Shown: positions 8,272-18,600 of the stretch, piece after piece | How positions within the stretch are numbered: the first letter of the stretch is position 1 | How the letters are laid out: every line of letters begins with the position of its first letter | Assembly: GCA_016706845.1 (NCBI GenBank) | Contig: JADJIV010000004.1 | Span: forward strand, 47,727 to 111,726 | Direction: 5' to 3' | From: a bacterium | Lineage (GTDB): Bacteria; Krumholzibacteriota; Krumholzibacteriia; LZORAL124-64-63 | Length of the DNA stretch: 64,000 bases | Program-made: the position numbers and the translations under genes | Notes under the pieces: model-generated | What the model was told of the DNA's origin: nothing | Databases searched by the model: none | What the model saw: only the letters and a program-made list of their open reading frames with translations

Positions 8272-9618
8272 CTAGTTGAGGCGGAAGACGATCGTGATCA
8301 CCCCCCACTGCTCGACACGGTCCGCTCCGGCCAGGGGCTCGAAGCGGAACTGCTTGACGGCGTCCATCGCGGCCCGGTTCAGGTCGCGGTGGGCCGAGGT
8401 CTGGTCGAAGTACATGTTGTCCTTGACGCGCCCGTCGGGCAGGACCGTGAAGTGCACGGCCACCACGCCTTCCCAGCCGGCCTTGCGGGCCGCCTCGCTG
8501 TAGACGGGCATGGCGCTGGCGGCGACCTTGCGATCGCTGATCTGGCCGCTGATGGTCATCGAGACGCCCTTGCCGCCCATGGCCTTGGCCTGCGTTTCGG
8601 CCAGCTGCGTCTGCGGCGGGGCCGTCGGCTTGCTGGTGGCCTCGGCCACCGCCGCGGCGGTCGGCGTCTCGGCCGGGGCCTGCTGGCGGCCGCGCAGGCT
8701 GGCCTGGCCGGTGGCGCCGGTCGCGCCGCCGGGACCGTAGTCCAGGATGGTGGTGCGGCCCTGCGTGGAGCGCGCGGGCGCCGCCACGTCGACGGCGGCC
8801 GCGGCCCGGCGGTCGTTGTCCTTCGCGGTCTGGACGAGCGCGGCCACCGAACCCTGGTAGGCCGTCTGGCCCTCCTCGAGCCGGCCGCCGACCAGACCGG
8901 CGTGGCCGGTCTCGCTGCCGCCGGTGGCCAGCTGCAGGGCCATGCGGCCGCCGCCGGACGACGTCCCGCCCTGCCCGACCTCGAAGTCGACCTCCGAGAG
9001 GTCCACGCTGCTCTTGCGCCCGACCAGCGCCACGTCGTTGCCCTGGAACGCGGCCTGCGCCTCCCGCGACGTCAGGCGCGGCGCGTTCGCGTCCGCGGCC
9101 AGGGCCGAGGGATCACGCAGGTTGCGCGTGTCGAGCCGCGGCGCGGCGTCGGCGAACGTGCGGGAATCCAGCTGGCGCGAGGTGGTGTCCAGGAACTGCC
9201 GCTGCTGGGCGGACGTCAGGTGCGGGGCGTCGACGTCCGCGGCCTGGCGGCTCTGCAGCAGCGGACGCGTCGCCAGCTTGTTCGGCAGGGTCTGCAGCAT
9301 AGGCCGGCTCTGCAGCGCGGGCTGCGGCGTCTCCGGCTGCGGGACCGGCGTCTCTTCGAGCTTCGACTCGGCCGGCGTCTCCTGCTTGGGCTGGACCACC
9401 GGCTGGGTCTTGACGCGGACCTGCTGGGCCACGTCCTCGCCGTAGCGGGCCTCGATGTAGGCGATCTCGGTCAGCTCGTCGAGGGCCTCGCCGGCCTTGC
9501 GGGCGCCCTCGCGCATCATCAGCGCGAGCAGCAGGAAGATGGCGGCGTGGATGATGACGCTGGTGGTGAAGCCGCCCGTCGTCGCCGCGCGGCGGCTCAT
9601 CTCGTGTCTCATCATCAC
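8272..9618 (-). CDS. TonB family energy transducer with long periplasmic linker
   Basis: N-terminal TM with SVIIHAAIF (SxxxH); Pro/Gln/Ala-rich linker; TonB_C domain PVYSEAARKAGWEGVVAVHFTVLPDGRV..LNRAAMDAVKQFRFEP. Confidence 0.88.
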   Translation of the reverse strand: MMMRHEMSRRAATTGGFTTSVIIHAAIFLLLALMMREGARKAGEALDELTEIAYIEARYGEDVAQQVRVKTQPVVQPKQETPAESKLEETPVPQPETPQPALQSRPMLQTLPNKLATRPLLQSRQAADVDAPHLTSAQQRQFLDTTSRQLDSRTFADAAPRLDTRNLRDPSALAADANAPRLTSREAQAAFQGNDVALVGRKSSVDLSEVDFEVGQGGTSSGGGRMALQLATGGSETGHAGLVGGRLEEGQTAYQGSVAALVQTAKDNDRRAAAAVDVAAPARSTQGRTTILDYGPGGATGATGQASLRGRQQAPAETPTAAAVAEATSKPTAPPQTQLAETQAKAMGGKGVSMTISGQISDRKVAASAMPVYSEAARKAGWEGVVAVHFTVLPDGRVKDNMYFDQTSAHRDLNRAAMDAVKQFRFEPLAGADRVEQWGVITIVFRLN

Positions 9619-10025
9619 GAGCCCACCTCCTCGCCACCCTTTTTACCGGTGGAAATGGCGATGCGGCCCGCCTTGGCGCCTTCGACCTCGGCGATGAGAC
9701 GCTCGACGTCCCCGTACATCAGGCCCTTGTCCGCCTTGACGACGGCCACGGCGTCGGGGTTGTTCTCGAACAGGGGCGTCAGCAGGGCGCGCAATTCGCC
9801 GAGCGCCAGCTGCTCCTCGCCCACGAAGATCTGTCCCTCGAGGGTGAAGATGATCTCGGTCTTGTCGGTGTCGTCCATCTGGCTCGCGCGCGCCTCCGGC
9901 AGGTCCACCTTGTGGGTGGTGTCGTTGAGGAACGGCGAGATGATCATCAGGGTCAGCACGACCACCAGCGACACGTTGATCATCGGCACGACGTCGGTTT
10001 TCGTTTCGTAGCGGTAGACCTTCAA
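9615..10025 (-). CDS. ExbD/TolR family protein (second copy; Asn at the usual TM Asp position)
   Basis: VVPMINVSLVVVLTLMII, VDLPEA, AVVKADKGLMYGDVERLI; TTG start with GGAGG RBS. Confidence 0.88.
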   Translation of the reverse strand: MKVYRYETKTDVVPMINVSLVVVLTLMIISPFLNDTTHKVDLPEARASQMDDTDKTEIIFTLEGQIFVGEEQLALGELRALLTPLFENNPDAVAVVKADKGLMYGDVERLIAEVEGAKAGRIAISTGKKGGEEVGS

Positions 10026-10453
10026 CGCGCCTCCTCCTTGCGGTTGAGGAGCGCGAGGCTGCTGGCGCCGCCGCCCTTGGCGGCGTCCATGACGTCGACC
10101 ACGTCCCCGAGCTTCACGAAGTCGCTCGGCACGATGACGACGGTCTTGTCGGTGCGCGCGGAGAGCGCGTCCGCCAGCCGCTGCTCGAGGTCGGCGAGCG
10201 CCACCGTCTCCCCGTTCATCTTGACGCCCTCGGGGGTCACGCTCACCAGCAGCATCTCCTCGTCCTGCTTCTCGCGCGTGGTCACCACGGTCTCGCTGGC
10301 TTCGGCGCGCGTCGCGTTGACCTGGATGCCGTTGCCCAGGATGGCCGGCATGGTCATCAGGAACACGATGATCAGCGTGGTCGTGACGTCCGCCAACGGG
10401 GTGATGTTGGGGGCGTTCTCCTCACGCATCTGCGATCGACTGGATCGTGCCAC
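10022..10453 (-). CDS. exbD: ExbD/TolR family protein
   Basis: PNITPLADVTTTLIIVFLMTMP (conserved TM Asp), VVIVPSDFVKLGDVVDVMDAAK; start GTG 10453 or ATG 10429. Confidence 0.88.
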   Translation of the reverse strand: MARSSRSQMREENAPNITPLADVTTTLIIVFLMTMPAILGNGIQVNATRAEASETVVTTREKQDEEMLLVSVTPEGVKMNGETVALADLEQRLADALSARTDKTVVIVPSDFVKLGDVVDVMDAAKGGGASSLALLNRKEEAR

Positions 10454-10467
10454 GTCGGCCTCGCTTC

Positions 10468-11193
10468 CTACCGGCCGACCGCGGCGGGTTCCTGGGCCGT
10501 GGTGACGACGGCGTCGCAAAGGGCGTTGACGTCGCGCTTGTCCGCCTTGGCGCGCGCGGCCGGGCGATCTTCCTGCCGGGCCATGCCGCGCAGCACGTTG
10601 AAGAACTCCTCGCGGACGTCCTCCAGCTCGATGATCCGGGTGCGGATGCGGCGCACGCAGAAGTTGAAGCAGATCGAGGCCGTGACGGCCACGATGATGC
10701 CGGCCGCCGTGGTCAGCAGGGCCTCGCTGACGCCCATGGCCACCACGGCGCTGCCGCCGGCGCCGGTGCGCGCGATGTCGGAGAAGGCGCGGATGATGCC
10801 GACCACCGTGCCGTAGAGCCCCAGCAGCGGGCCGATGTTGCTCATCGTGCCCAGCACGCTCAGGTTGCGCTCCATCTCCACCTGCTCCATCTCGATGGCG
10901 GTGTCGAAGCGCTGCTTGAGCTCGGAAGTGGGGATGTCGGCGTGCGGCAGGCACTGGCTGACGACGCGGGCGGCCGCGCCCTTCTGCTGGTCGCACCACT
11001 GGCCGGCGACCTTCATGTCCCCGCCCTTCATCTTCGCGGCCAGAGCCTTCATGAAGCCGCGCGAGTCGGATCGGGACCGGTAGAAGTACAGGCTGCGTTC
11101 GATGGCGTAGCCTACGGTGACCACGGAACAGATGATCAGCACGATCATCGACAGTGATCCGAAAAGAGTCTTGGTGAGCGACATCCCCATCAT
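10468..11193 (-). CDS. exbB: MotA/TolQ/ExbB proton channel family protein
   Basis: LSVLGTMSNIGPLLGLYGTVVGIIRAF and GVSEALLTTAAGIIVAV signatures. Confidence 0.92.
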   Translation of the reverse strand: MMGMSLTKTLFGSLSMIVLIICSVVTVGYAIERSLYFYRSRSDSRGFMKALAAKMKGGDMKVAGQWCDQQKGAAARVVSQCLPHADIPTSELKQRFDTAIEMEQVEMERNLSVLGTMSNIGPLLGLYGTVVGIIRAFSDIARTGAGGSAVVAMGVSEALLTTAAGIIVAVTASICFNFCVRRIRTRIIELEDVREEFFNVLRGMARQEDRPAARAKADKRDVNALCDAVVTTAQEPAAVGR

Positions 11194-11224
11194 GAGCGGG
11201 TTCCCCTCTCTCTGTGTTGTCCGG

Positions 11225-14200
11225 CTAGTTGCCGGCTGACATGGCCTGGATCTCGGCGAGCCGGCCCTCGGCCATCGCCGTCCATTCCGGCTTGCCGTTG
11301 GTCTGCACGATCCGGTTGTAGGCCTGGACGGCGGCGTTCCAGTCCCCGCGCTCCTCGCTGATCTGGCCGATCTGGGCCAGGCTGGCGATGCGGTGCGGGG
11401 CCGCGGCGTCGGCGCCGCTGGCGGACATCTCGTAGCTGGCGACGGCCTGCTCGATGCGGTCGAGCTTCTCGTAGCACTGGCCCTGCCGGTAGCCGATCTC
11501 CTCGATGCCGGCTTCGCCCTTCTCCAGCGCCTTCTGGTAGGCCGCCGCGGCGTTCTCGTAGTCGCCGAGCTCGTCCTGGTACAGCGTGGCGATCTGGAAG
11601 GAGAGGCCCTTGGCCCGCTCGTCGGCGGGGTAGTCCGCCTGGAAGCGGATCAGCGCCCCGATGGCGGACGGCCAGTCCTCGAGCTCCTGGTAGCAGAGGC
11701 CGGCGTTGAACAGGGCCAGCGGCGAGTACTCGCCGGCGGGCATGGTGTCGACCAGGTACTCGTAGGCCTCCGCCGCCTCCTCGTACTGCTCCGTCTTGTA
11801 CAGGACGGTGCCCTCGCGGAAGCGCGACAGCCCGACCAGCTCGTGGTCGGGGTTCGTCTTCAGGAAGCTGCGGTAGCCGGCGAGCGCCATCGGCATCTGC
11901 TCCAAGCGGTAGTAGCTCTCGGCCAGGTAGAAGAGGGCGCCCGGGGCGCTCTCGCTGTCGGCGTAGTCCAGAGTGACCTTTTCGAACGCCTTGGCAGCGG
12001 CCTCGTAGTTTCCTTCGGCAAAGAGGTTTTGACCTTTAGTCCAGTAATAGTCCCCGGCCAGGGGGCTGTCCGGACGGTTGCCGAGGTACTCCTCCATGTC
12101 CTTGCCGCTGCGGTAGTAGCAGCTCTGGATGCCGAGTTCCGCGTCCTCGACGCGGGGGTCCTCCGGGAAGGCCTCGACGAAGGCCTGGAAGGCCGTGATC
12201 GCCGCCTGGTCCTGCTGCTGGTTGTAGTGGCAGTTGGCCAGGCCGAAGGCGGCGTCGGCGGCGTGCGGGCCGTCGGGGGCGCGGTTCTGCAGCGTCAGGT
12301 AGCTGGCGCGCGCCTGCTCGAAGCGGGCCAGTCCGAACTGCGTGTCGGCCAGGCGGTAGAGCGCCTCTTCGGCCTCGCCCGCCCGCGGGTAGTTGGTGAC
12401 CAGCTTCTGCCAGGCCTCCACCGCGTTCTCGTAGTACTGCAGGCGGTAGAAGCAGTCGCCCTGGTTCAGCAGCGCGGCCGCCACCTGCGGTCCCTCGGGG
12501 CTGCGCTCCAGGAACTTGGTGATCTCCTCCAGCGCCTTCTGGTAGTCGTGCTGGTTGAAGTACAGCGAGCCCAGGGCCAGCGAGTTGCCGCCCTCCTCGC
12601 TGTCGGCGTTCGCCAGCTCGAAGAGGAACTTCTCCTGCTCCTCGAGGGCCAGGTCGTACTCGCCGATCTGGCTGTAGCTGGCGACGAGGCCCCTGCAAGC
12701 TGGCCGCCGCCACCTCGCTGCGCGGGTAGCCCGTCAGCACCAGCCGGTACATGCCGCCCGCCTCGCGGAAGAGACCCTCGTGGTAGTAGGCCTCGCCGAG
12801 CTGGTAGTAGGTGCGGGCGCGCCAGGGGCTGGGCGTCGGCAGCAGGCGGTTGGCGATGAAGTGGTAGTTGGTGATCAGGCGGTCGTACTGCTCCAGCTTC
12901 AGGTAGGTGTCGGTGGCCAGGAACAGCGCCCGCTCGCCGGCGTCGGTGTTGACGTGCCGGTCCATGACGTTCTGGAATTCGCGCACCGCGAGGTCGTACT
13001 CCTGCAGCTCCTTGTGGGCGTAGCCCAGCAGAACCTGGACGCGGGCGGACAGCGGGTCGCCGGGGAAGATGTCCAGGAACTCGTGCGCCATCAGGACGGC
13101 CTGGGGGTAGTTCTTCTCGGCGATGTAGGCGTAGACGACCTTGTGCATGGCGGCGCTGGCCAGCTCCGAGTCCTGGTAGCCCTTGACCACTTCGGTGAAG
13201 GCGAAGATGGCGTGGCTGGTGCGGCCGAGCGCCATCCAGGCCGAGCCCATCAGGTAGTTGGCGGGCGCGCAGATCGGCTCGCCGCCGAGGTCCTTGCAGA
13301 GGTCCTCGAGCTTGTTCACGCACTCGTTGTACTCGCCGGAGCGGTAGTCCACGCAGGCCTGCTTGTAGCGGGCCATCGGCACGAACTTGCTCTCGGGGTA
13401 GCCCTCGAGGAAGTCGCGGTAGCTGCGCGCGGCGACCTTGTTCTGGTCGCTGTTGTAGAAGGCCTCCGCCACGCTGAACGCGGCGTCGTCGGCCAGCGGG
13501 CTCTCCGGGAAGAGCCGCAGGGCCTGGCGGTAGCGCTGCACGGCCAGGATGTACTGGCCCGTGGCCTCGAGGCAGCGGCCGAGGTAATAGAGGCCCAGGT
13601 CCGTGTCCACCTTCTCGAAATGCTGCGTGGCCTCCTCGTAGTCCTGCTCGACGTAGGCGAACAGGCCCAGGACGAACTGCACCTGCGGCAGCTTCTGGTA
13701 GCCGGGCCGGTCGGCCAGCAGCTGCTTGTAGGTCCGCTCCACGCTGCGCCAGTCCTGCAGCGAGGCCTGGGTCTGGCCCATGGCGAACAGGGCCTCGCCG
13801 GCCAGGAAGCTGTCGGCGCTCTGCTGCAGCAGCTGCGTGAAGGTCTCCAGGGCCCGCTCCCGCTTGCCCAGGTTGAACTGGCACTCGCCCCGGCGCAGCA
13901 GCGCGCTGCCCGCGAGGAACGGGTCGCCGCCCTTGAACTTCCCGACGCGGTCGTACTCGCGCAGCGCCGTGTCGTAGTCGCCGTTGCAGAAGTAGCACTC
14001 GGCCACCATGTACTGGGCGCGGGCCGCGCGGTCGGTCTTCTTGTAGTGCGTCAGGTACAGCTGGTACTGCTGCAGGGCGTTGCCCTTGTCCGCGTCGCGG
14101 GCGAAGGTGTCGCCGGCGGCGCGCCAGAGCGCGTCCTCGTTGGGGACCACGGCGTCGTCGTCGCCGGCGAAGGCCGGCGCGGCGGCGAAGGCCAGCAGGG

Positions 14201-14276
14201 CCAGCAGGGCCAGCAGGGCCGACAGATCCCGCAGGGCCGGTCGGGCCGGCCGCCGGGTGGCAGCAAGTCGTTTCAT
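11225..14276 (-). CDS. Secreted multi-TPR protein (CpoB/BamD-like repeats), about 1016 aa; one extra base at 12690-12693
   Basis: Signal peptide from ATG 14276; repeats such as AQYMVAECYF, FPESPLADDAAFSVAEAFY, YPRAGEAEEALYRLA. Removing one G from a GGGG run restores SLQGLVASYSQIGEY and joins the two track ORFs. Confidence 0.85.
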
Positions 14277-15607
14277 CGGTCGTCCTCTCGCGATTTCAGG
14301 CTCTCGGAACCGTCGACGTCGATGCGGATCGGAGTGCGGGTCCGGTTGCGGAAGCCCATGATCTCGACCTGGACCACGTGGTCCCACTCCTGGCCCAGGT
14401 CGTCCAGGATGACGACGGTGGCCCGGTAGACGCCGTCGCCCACCAGCCGGCCGTTCTCGTCCTCGCCGCCCCAGACCACGGCCTCCGGCGGCGGGCCCTC
14501 CTCGAAGATGCGGCGGACCAGCTCGCCCTGGTCGTTGCGGATCTCGACGCGCCACTCGGCCACCTCGCCGCGCAGCGCCGTGTCGACGCCGAAGGAGACG
14601 CTGCGGTCGTTGCCCGACGGGCTGAAGCGCAGGCGGTCGCTGTGGATCTCGACGCCGTCGGTGATGCCGAAGCGCATCGTGGCGCTGACCACCGTCGTGG
14701 AGCCGAGGTCGTGCGCGACGTGGGCGTAGTCGAGCTGCCAGTTCTGCCAGCGCACGCCGGCCCCGAAGCTGGTCTGGTCGCGCACCGTGTCGTAGCCGCC
14801 GCGCAGCACCAGCTGCCGCAACGGCCAGGCCTCGATGCCGCCCTGGAAGTCCAGGTCCATGAGGTCGGTGCGGACCAGGTCCGTCAGCACGAGCATGCGG
14901 TTGTTGAAGAAGTGCAGGCCGGCGCCGGCGCGCAGGGTCCTGGCCAGCTTCTCCGGCGTTTCCAGCAGCGTGATCTCCGGCTGCAGGGCGTTCTGGTAGG
15001 AGACGCCCAGGCTGAGCCGCCGCTCGGGGCGCAGGTAGAGGCCCACGTCGGCGCCGTAGCCCGAGCCGGTGAAGCCGCCCACGTCCTGGGAGATCGACTT
15101 CAGGGTGGCGCCCCAGCCGAAGCGGCTGCTGCCGCGGGCGTAGGTCAGCGCGAAGATCCCCTCCTTCTCTTGGAAGGTGTCGTTCATGTCGACCCACTCG
15201 GTCGCGCGCTCGAACTCGCCGCTGTTGGTGAAGGTGCCGCTGAAGGCGAAGGTGCCGCGGCCCTCGCTCGGCAGGCCGAACGCCACGTACGAGTAGCGGG
15301 TGTCGCCGAAGAGGGTGGCCCCCATCGCCGTCACCTCCATGGTGCGCAGCTGCGAGAGGGCGGCCGGGTTCCAGTACACGGTGGCGACGTCGCCGCCGAG
15401 CGCGCCGACGGCTCCGCCGAGGGCGAGGCTGCGGGCGCTGCTGCCGAAGCGCAGGAACGCGCCGGGCGCACCGCCGTCCTGGCCGGCGAGGACCGGTCCG
15501 GCAGCCAGCAGGGCCGCCAGGAGCAGGAGCGCGGGGTATCGTCTTTCCGCCGCGCCGAAGGCGCGTCGGGGGTGCTGGCGCTGGTTGTTGTCCGCGTCGC
15601 GCTTCAT
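14273..15607 (-). CDS. PorV/UPF0164-like outer-membrane beta-barrel fused to a C-terminal FlgD-like domain
   Basis: AGGAGAGG RBS; GAFLRFGSSARSLALGGA..DVATVYWNPAAL; amphipathic beta-strands ending LDYAHVAHDLGSTTVVSATMRFG; then FSPSGNDR..WRVEIRNDQGELVRRI..VVWGGEDENGRLVGDGVY. Confidence 0.8.
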   Translation of the reverse strand: MKRDADNNQRQHPRRAFGAAERRYPALLLLAALLAAGPVLAGQDGGAPGAFLRFGSSARSLALGGAVGALGGDVATVYWNPAALSQLRTMEVTAMGATLFGDTRYSYVAFGLPSEGRGTFAFSGTFTNSGEFERATEWVDMNDTFQEKEGIFALTYARGSSRFGWGATLKSISQDVGGFTGSGYGADVGLYLRPERRLSLGVSYQNALQPEITLLETPEKLARTLRAGAGLHFFNNRMLVLTDLVRTDLMDLDFQGGIEAWPLRQLVLRGGYDTVRDQTSFGAGVRWQNWQLDYAHVAHDLGSTTVVSATMRFGITDGVEIHSDRLRFSPSGNDRSVSFGVDTALRGEVAEWRVEIRNDQGELVRRIFEEGPPPEAVVWGGEDENGRLVGDGVYRATVVILDDLGQEWDHVVQVEIMGFRNRTRTPIRIDVDGSESLKSREDDR

Positions 15608-15615
15608 GGCCTCTC

Positions 15616-18600
15616 CTACTTCACCACCGCGATCTTGCGGCGGAAATCGAAGCCCTGGCCGGTCACCCGGCAGATGTAGCCGCCGTTGGCCACCACGTCG
15701 CCCTGGCCGTTGCGGCCGTCCCAGGCGAACTCGGTGGTCTGGTCGGCGGCGGCGTTCAGTTGGCGATTCAGCACGATCGTCCCGTAGAGGTCGTAGATCG
15801 TGATGTTCACCGTGCCGGCGGCCGTCGGTTTGAACAGGATCCGCGTCAGCTCGCGCACGGGGTTGAACGGGTTGGGCCGGTTGGTGATCTCCCGCCCCTC
15901 GTCCAGCGCCTGCGTGGTGTAGAGCACGATCTGCCGCAGCGCCTCCTTCACGCCCGTGTTCTCTTCGGCAAAGAACCGCAGGACATGAACGCCGGATTCG
16001 CCGGGGGCCAGCTCCTCGAGGCTGAAGGCCTCCTGGTAGGCGGTCAGGGGCTGCGCGCCGTCGGACTGGTCGACGTCGAAGCGGATCGTGGTGGTGGCCT
16101 CCGGGATGCCCGGGACCGCCGCCAGGGTGATCTGCGTGTCGGCGCTGACGTACCAGCCGTCGAGGTACTCGCTGGCGACGCCGGTGAAGGACGGGGTGGT
16201 GACCGGCGGCCCGGCCACGGCCAGCAGGACCTCCTCGGGGTCGAGGGCGTCCACGCCGGCCCGCAGCAGGACGTCGGTGGTGCCGAAGGCGGCGACGCGC
16301 AGGGTCGTCTCGGCGGTGCCGTCGCTGCCGGTCAGCAGGTGGACGGCGCCGGCGCGGGCCGAGCCGAGCGTGGCCTCGCCGGCGCGGACCTCGAAGGCGA
16401 CGGCGGCGCGGGGCGCCGGGTTGCCGCCCTCGTCGCGGGCCGCGACGCGGACGCGGATCTGCTGGTCGGGCCGCAGGACGCGGTCGAAGGGCGAGCCGTC
16501 CGACTCGAGCAGGGTCAGGGTGAAGGTCCGCGCCGGGGCCGCCAGCACGGTGATCAGGCGGCTGAGCACGTCGCCGCCGGCGGCGTCGGTCACGCGCAGG
16601 TAGATCGACTCGGCGCGGTCGTAGGCCTGGTCGTCGAGCAGCGCGCGGCCCTCGACGGTGGCGCCGTAGGTGTAGCGCAGCACGCCGGTCGGGACGAGCG
16701 CCGGGTCCGGGCGCACCGCGCCCGACCAGGCGTTGATCGCCGAGATGCTGAAGGTCTCGTCGTAACCGGTGACCAGCCGGCCCGTGGTCACGTCGACGCG
16801 CGTGACCGACAGCGGCCACGGCTCCCCGGCGACGACCGTGTCCGGGGCCGTCACCGCGTAGGTCACGCCCACCGGGATGACCGTCACCACGGGGCTGTCG
16901 GTCGAGCGGCCGCGCTCGTCGGAGACGCGGATGATGATGCGCTCGCTGACGCCGTAGCTCTGGGTCGCGATGTCGGCCGCGCCCTGCAGGAGCGTCCATT
17001 CCGTCACGCCCAGCTGCCCGTCGGGGGCGCCGAAGTCGTAGCGCAGCGCCTCCAGGGCGATGCGGTTGCCGGCCGGCACCGTGGCGCCGGTGGCGGGGTT
17101 GACCAGGCGCACGCCCACGCCGAAGCGCGAGGGCGGCCCCACGAAGGTCGTGTCCGGGACGCTGACCTGGTAGACGGCCTCCGCCACCGGGATGGTCACG
17201 TGGCCCTGGCCGGCCTCGGGGTGCTGGTTGTCGTCGGCGCTGAGGACCAGGTTGCCGGCGCCGTCGAGCACGACCCCGACCTGCCGGCGGCCGCCGATGA
17301 AGGGGGCGTGGTAGTCCGCGGGGTTCTGCCACGCGAACAGGTCGGGCTCCGAGCAGTCGAGCTCCAGGGCGCCGCCGTCCAGCGACGTGATCGGGTTGAA
17401 GAACTGGTCGACCGCGCGCAGCTCCACGACGAAGGGTTCGCCCGCCGTCTGGACGACCGGCGCGCCGGTCTTGCCGGTGCCGACCTCGGCGCCGGGCTCC
17501 GGCGTCTCGCCGGGCGCGACGATCTGCAGCTGCTTGAAGCCGTCGGCCGCGAGGCGGCAGCTGTTGGAGAAGCCCTCGTTGCCGTCGCCGTCGACGATGC
17601 GGAAGTAGACCTCCTCGGCCAGCGTGTAGGTCTGCTGGACGTCGGTGTGGCCGCCGGTCAGCATCTGCTGGACGGTGCCCAGCACGCCGCCGCCGGCCTC
17701 GCCGGTGGCGGCGCTCAGCACCGAGATCTGGATCAGGCCGCTGTGGGCCGCGACGCGCTCGCCGGTGTTGCTGTCGATCAGGTCGACCGCCAGCGGGAAG
17801 GTGGCCGGGCCGCCCACGATCGCTGCCGCGGGGGCCGCGACGTCGTAGTAGAGCCCGCCCGTCTGCATCGTCACGACGCTGCTCGTGGTCTGCCGCCCGA
17901 AGTCGTCGGACACGCGGATCCGCAGGTCCTCCAGGGCGCTGTAGCTCTGATCGCTGATGAACGAGACGCCGTTGATCAGGTAGACCTCCGTGGTGCCGAG
18001 CACGCCGTTGCCGGGCGCGAAATTCGCCCGCAGCGGCGTCAGGTCGACCCGGTGGCCGGCGCCGGCGACGGGTTCGCCGGTGTCGGGATCGACGAGCCGC
18101 ACCGTCATCGCGAAGCCCGGCATGCCGCCGGTCTGGGCCGCGGCGGGCACGGTGATCTGGTAGACGTAGGGCCGGCGCACCGGCACCGCGACGGTCTGTC
18201 CCGGCAGCTGCGGCGCGTCGAGGTCGCCCACGGTGACGCCCACCGCGCCCTCGGCCACCAGGAAGGCGTCGACGGCGCGGCTGCCGAGGAAGAACGGCGC
18301 GTCCTGCGGGTCGGGGTTGTCCGGCCAGGAGAACGAGCCGTCGGTGGCCGAGAGGTGGACCCGGCCGCCCGACGCGTCGCCGATCGGGTTCCAGTACTGG
18401 TCCACGGCCCGCACCACCATCGGGAACGGTTCGCCCGAACGCTGGGTGTCCGGCAGGGCCGACTTGCCCGTGGCGGCGAAGGCGGCCTCGCCCGGCCGCG
18501 CCGTCTCGCCCGGGGTCAGCAGCTGCAGCCGCTGATAGCCGGCGGGCCGGACGGTGAACAGGGGGCTGTCGCCGGCCAGGCCGCTGGGATCGAAGGCGCG

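Noticed and set aside
14191-14220. 9-bp tandem repeat (gccagcagg)x3
   Set aside because: Encodes ALLALLALLA in a signal peptide; in-frame and explained by codon preference, so no phase-variation evidence.
12036-15197. 1053-aa ORF suggesting a barrel-TPR fusion
   Set aside because: The first 307 codons are off-frame over the barrel gene; the TPR protein has its own signal peptide from ATG 14276.
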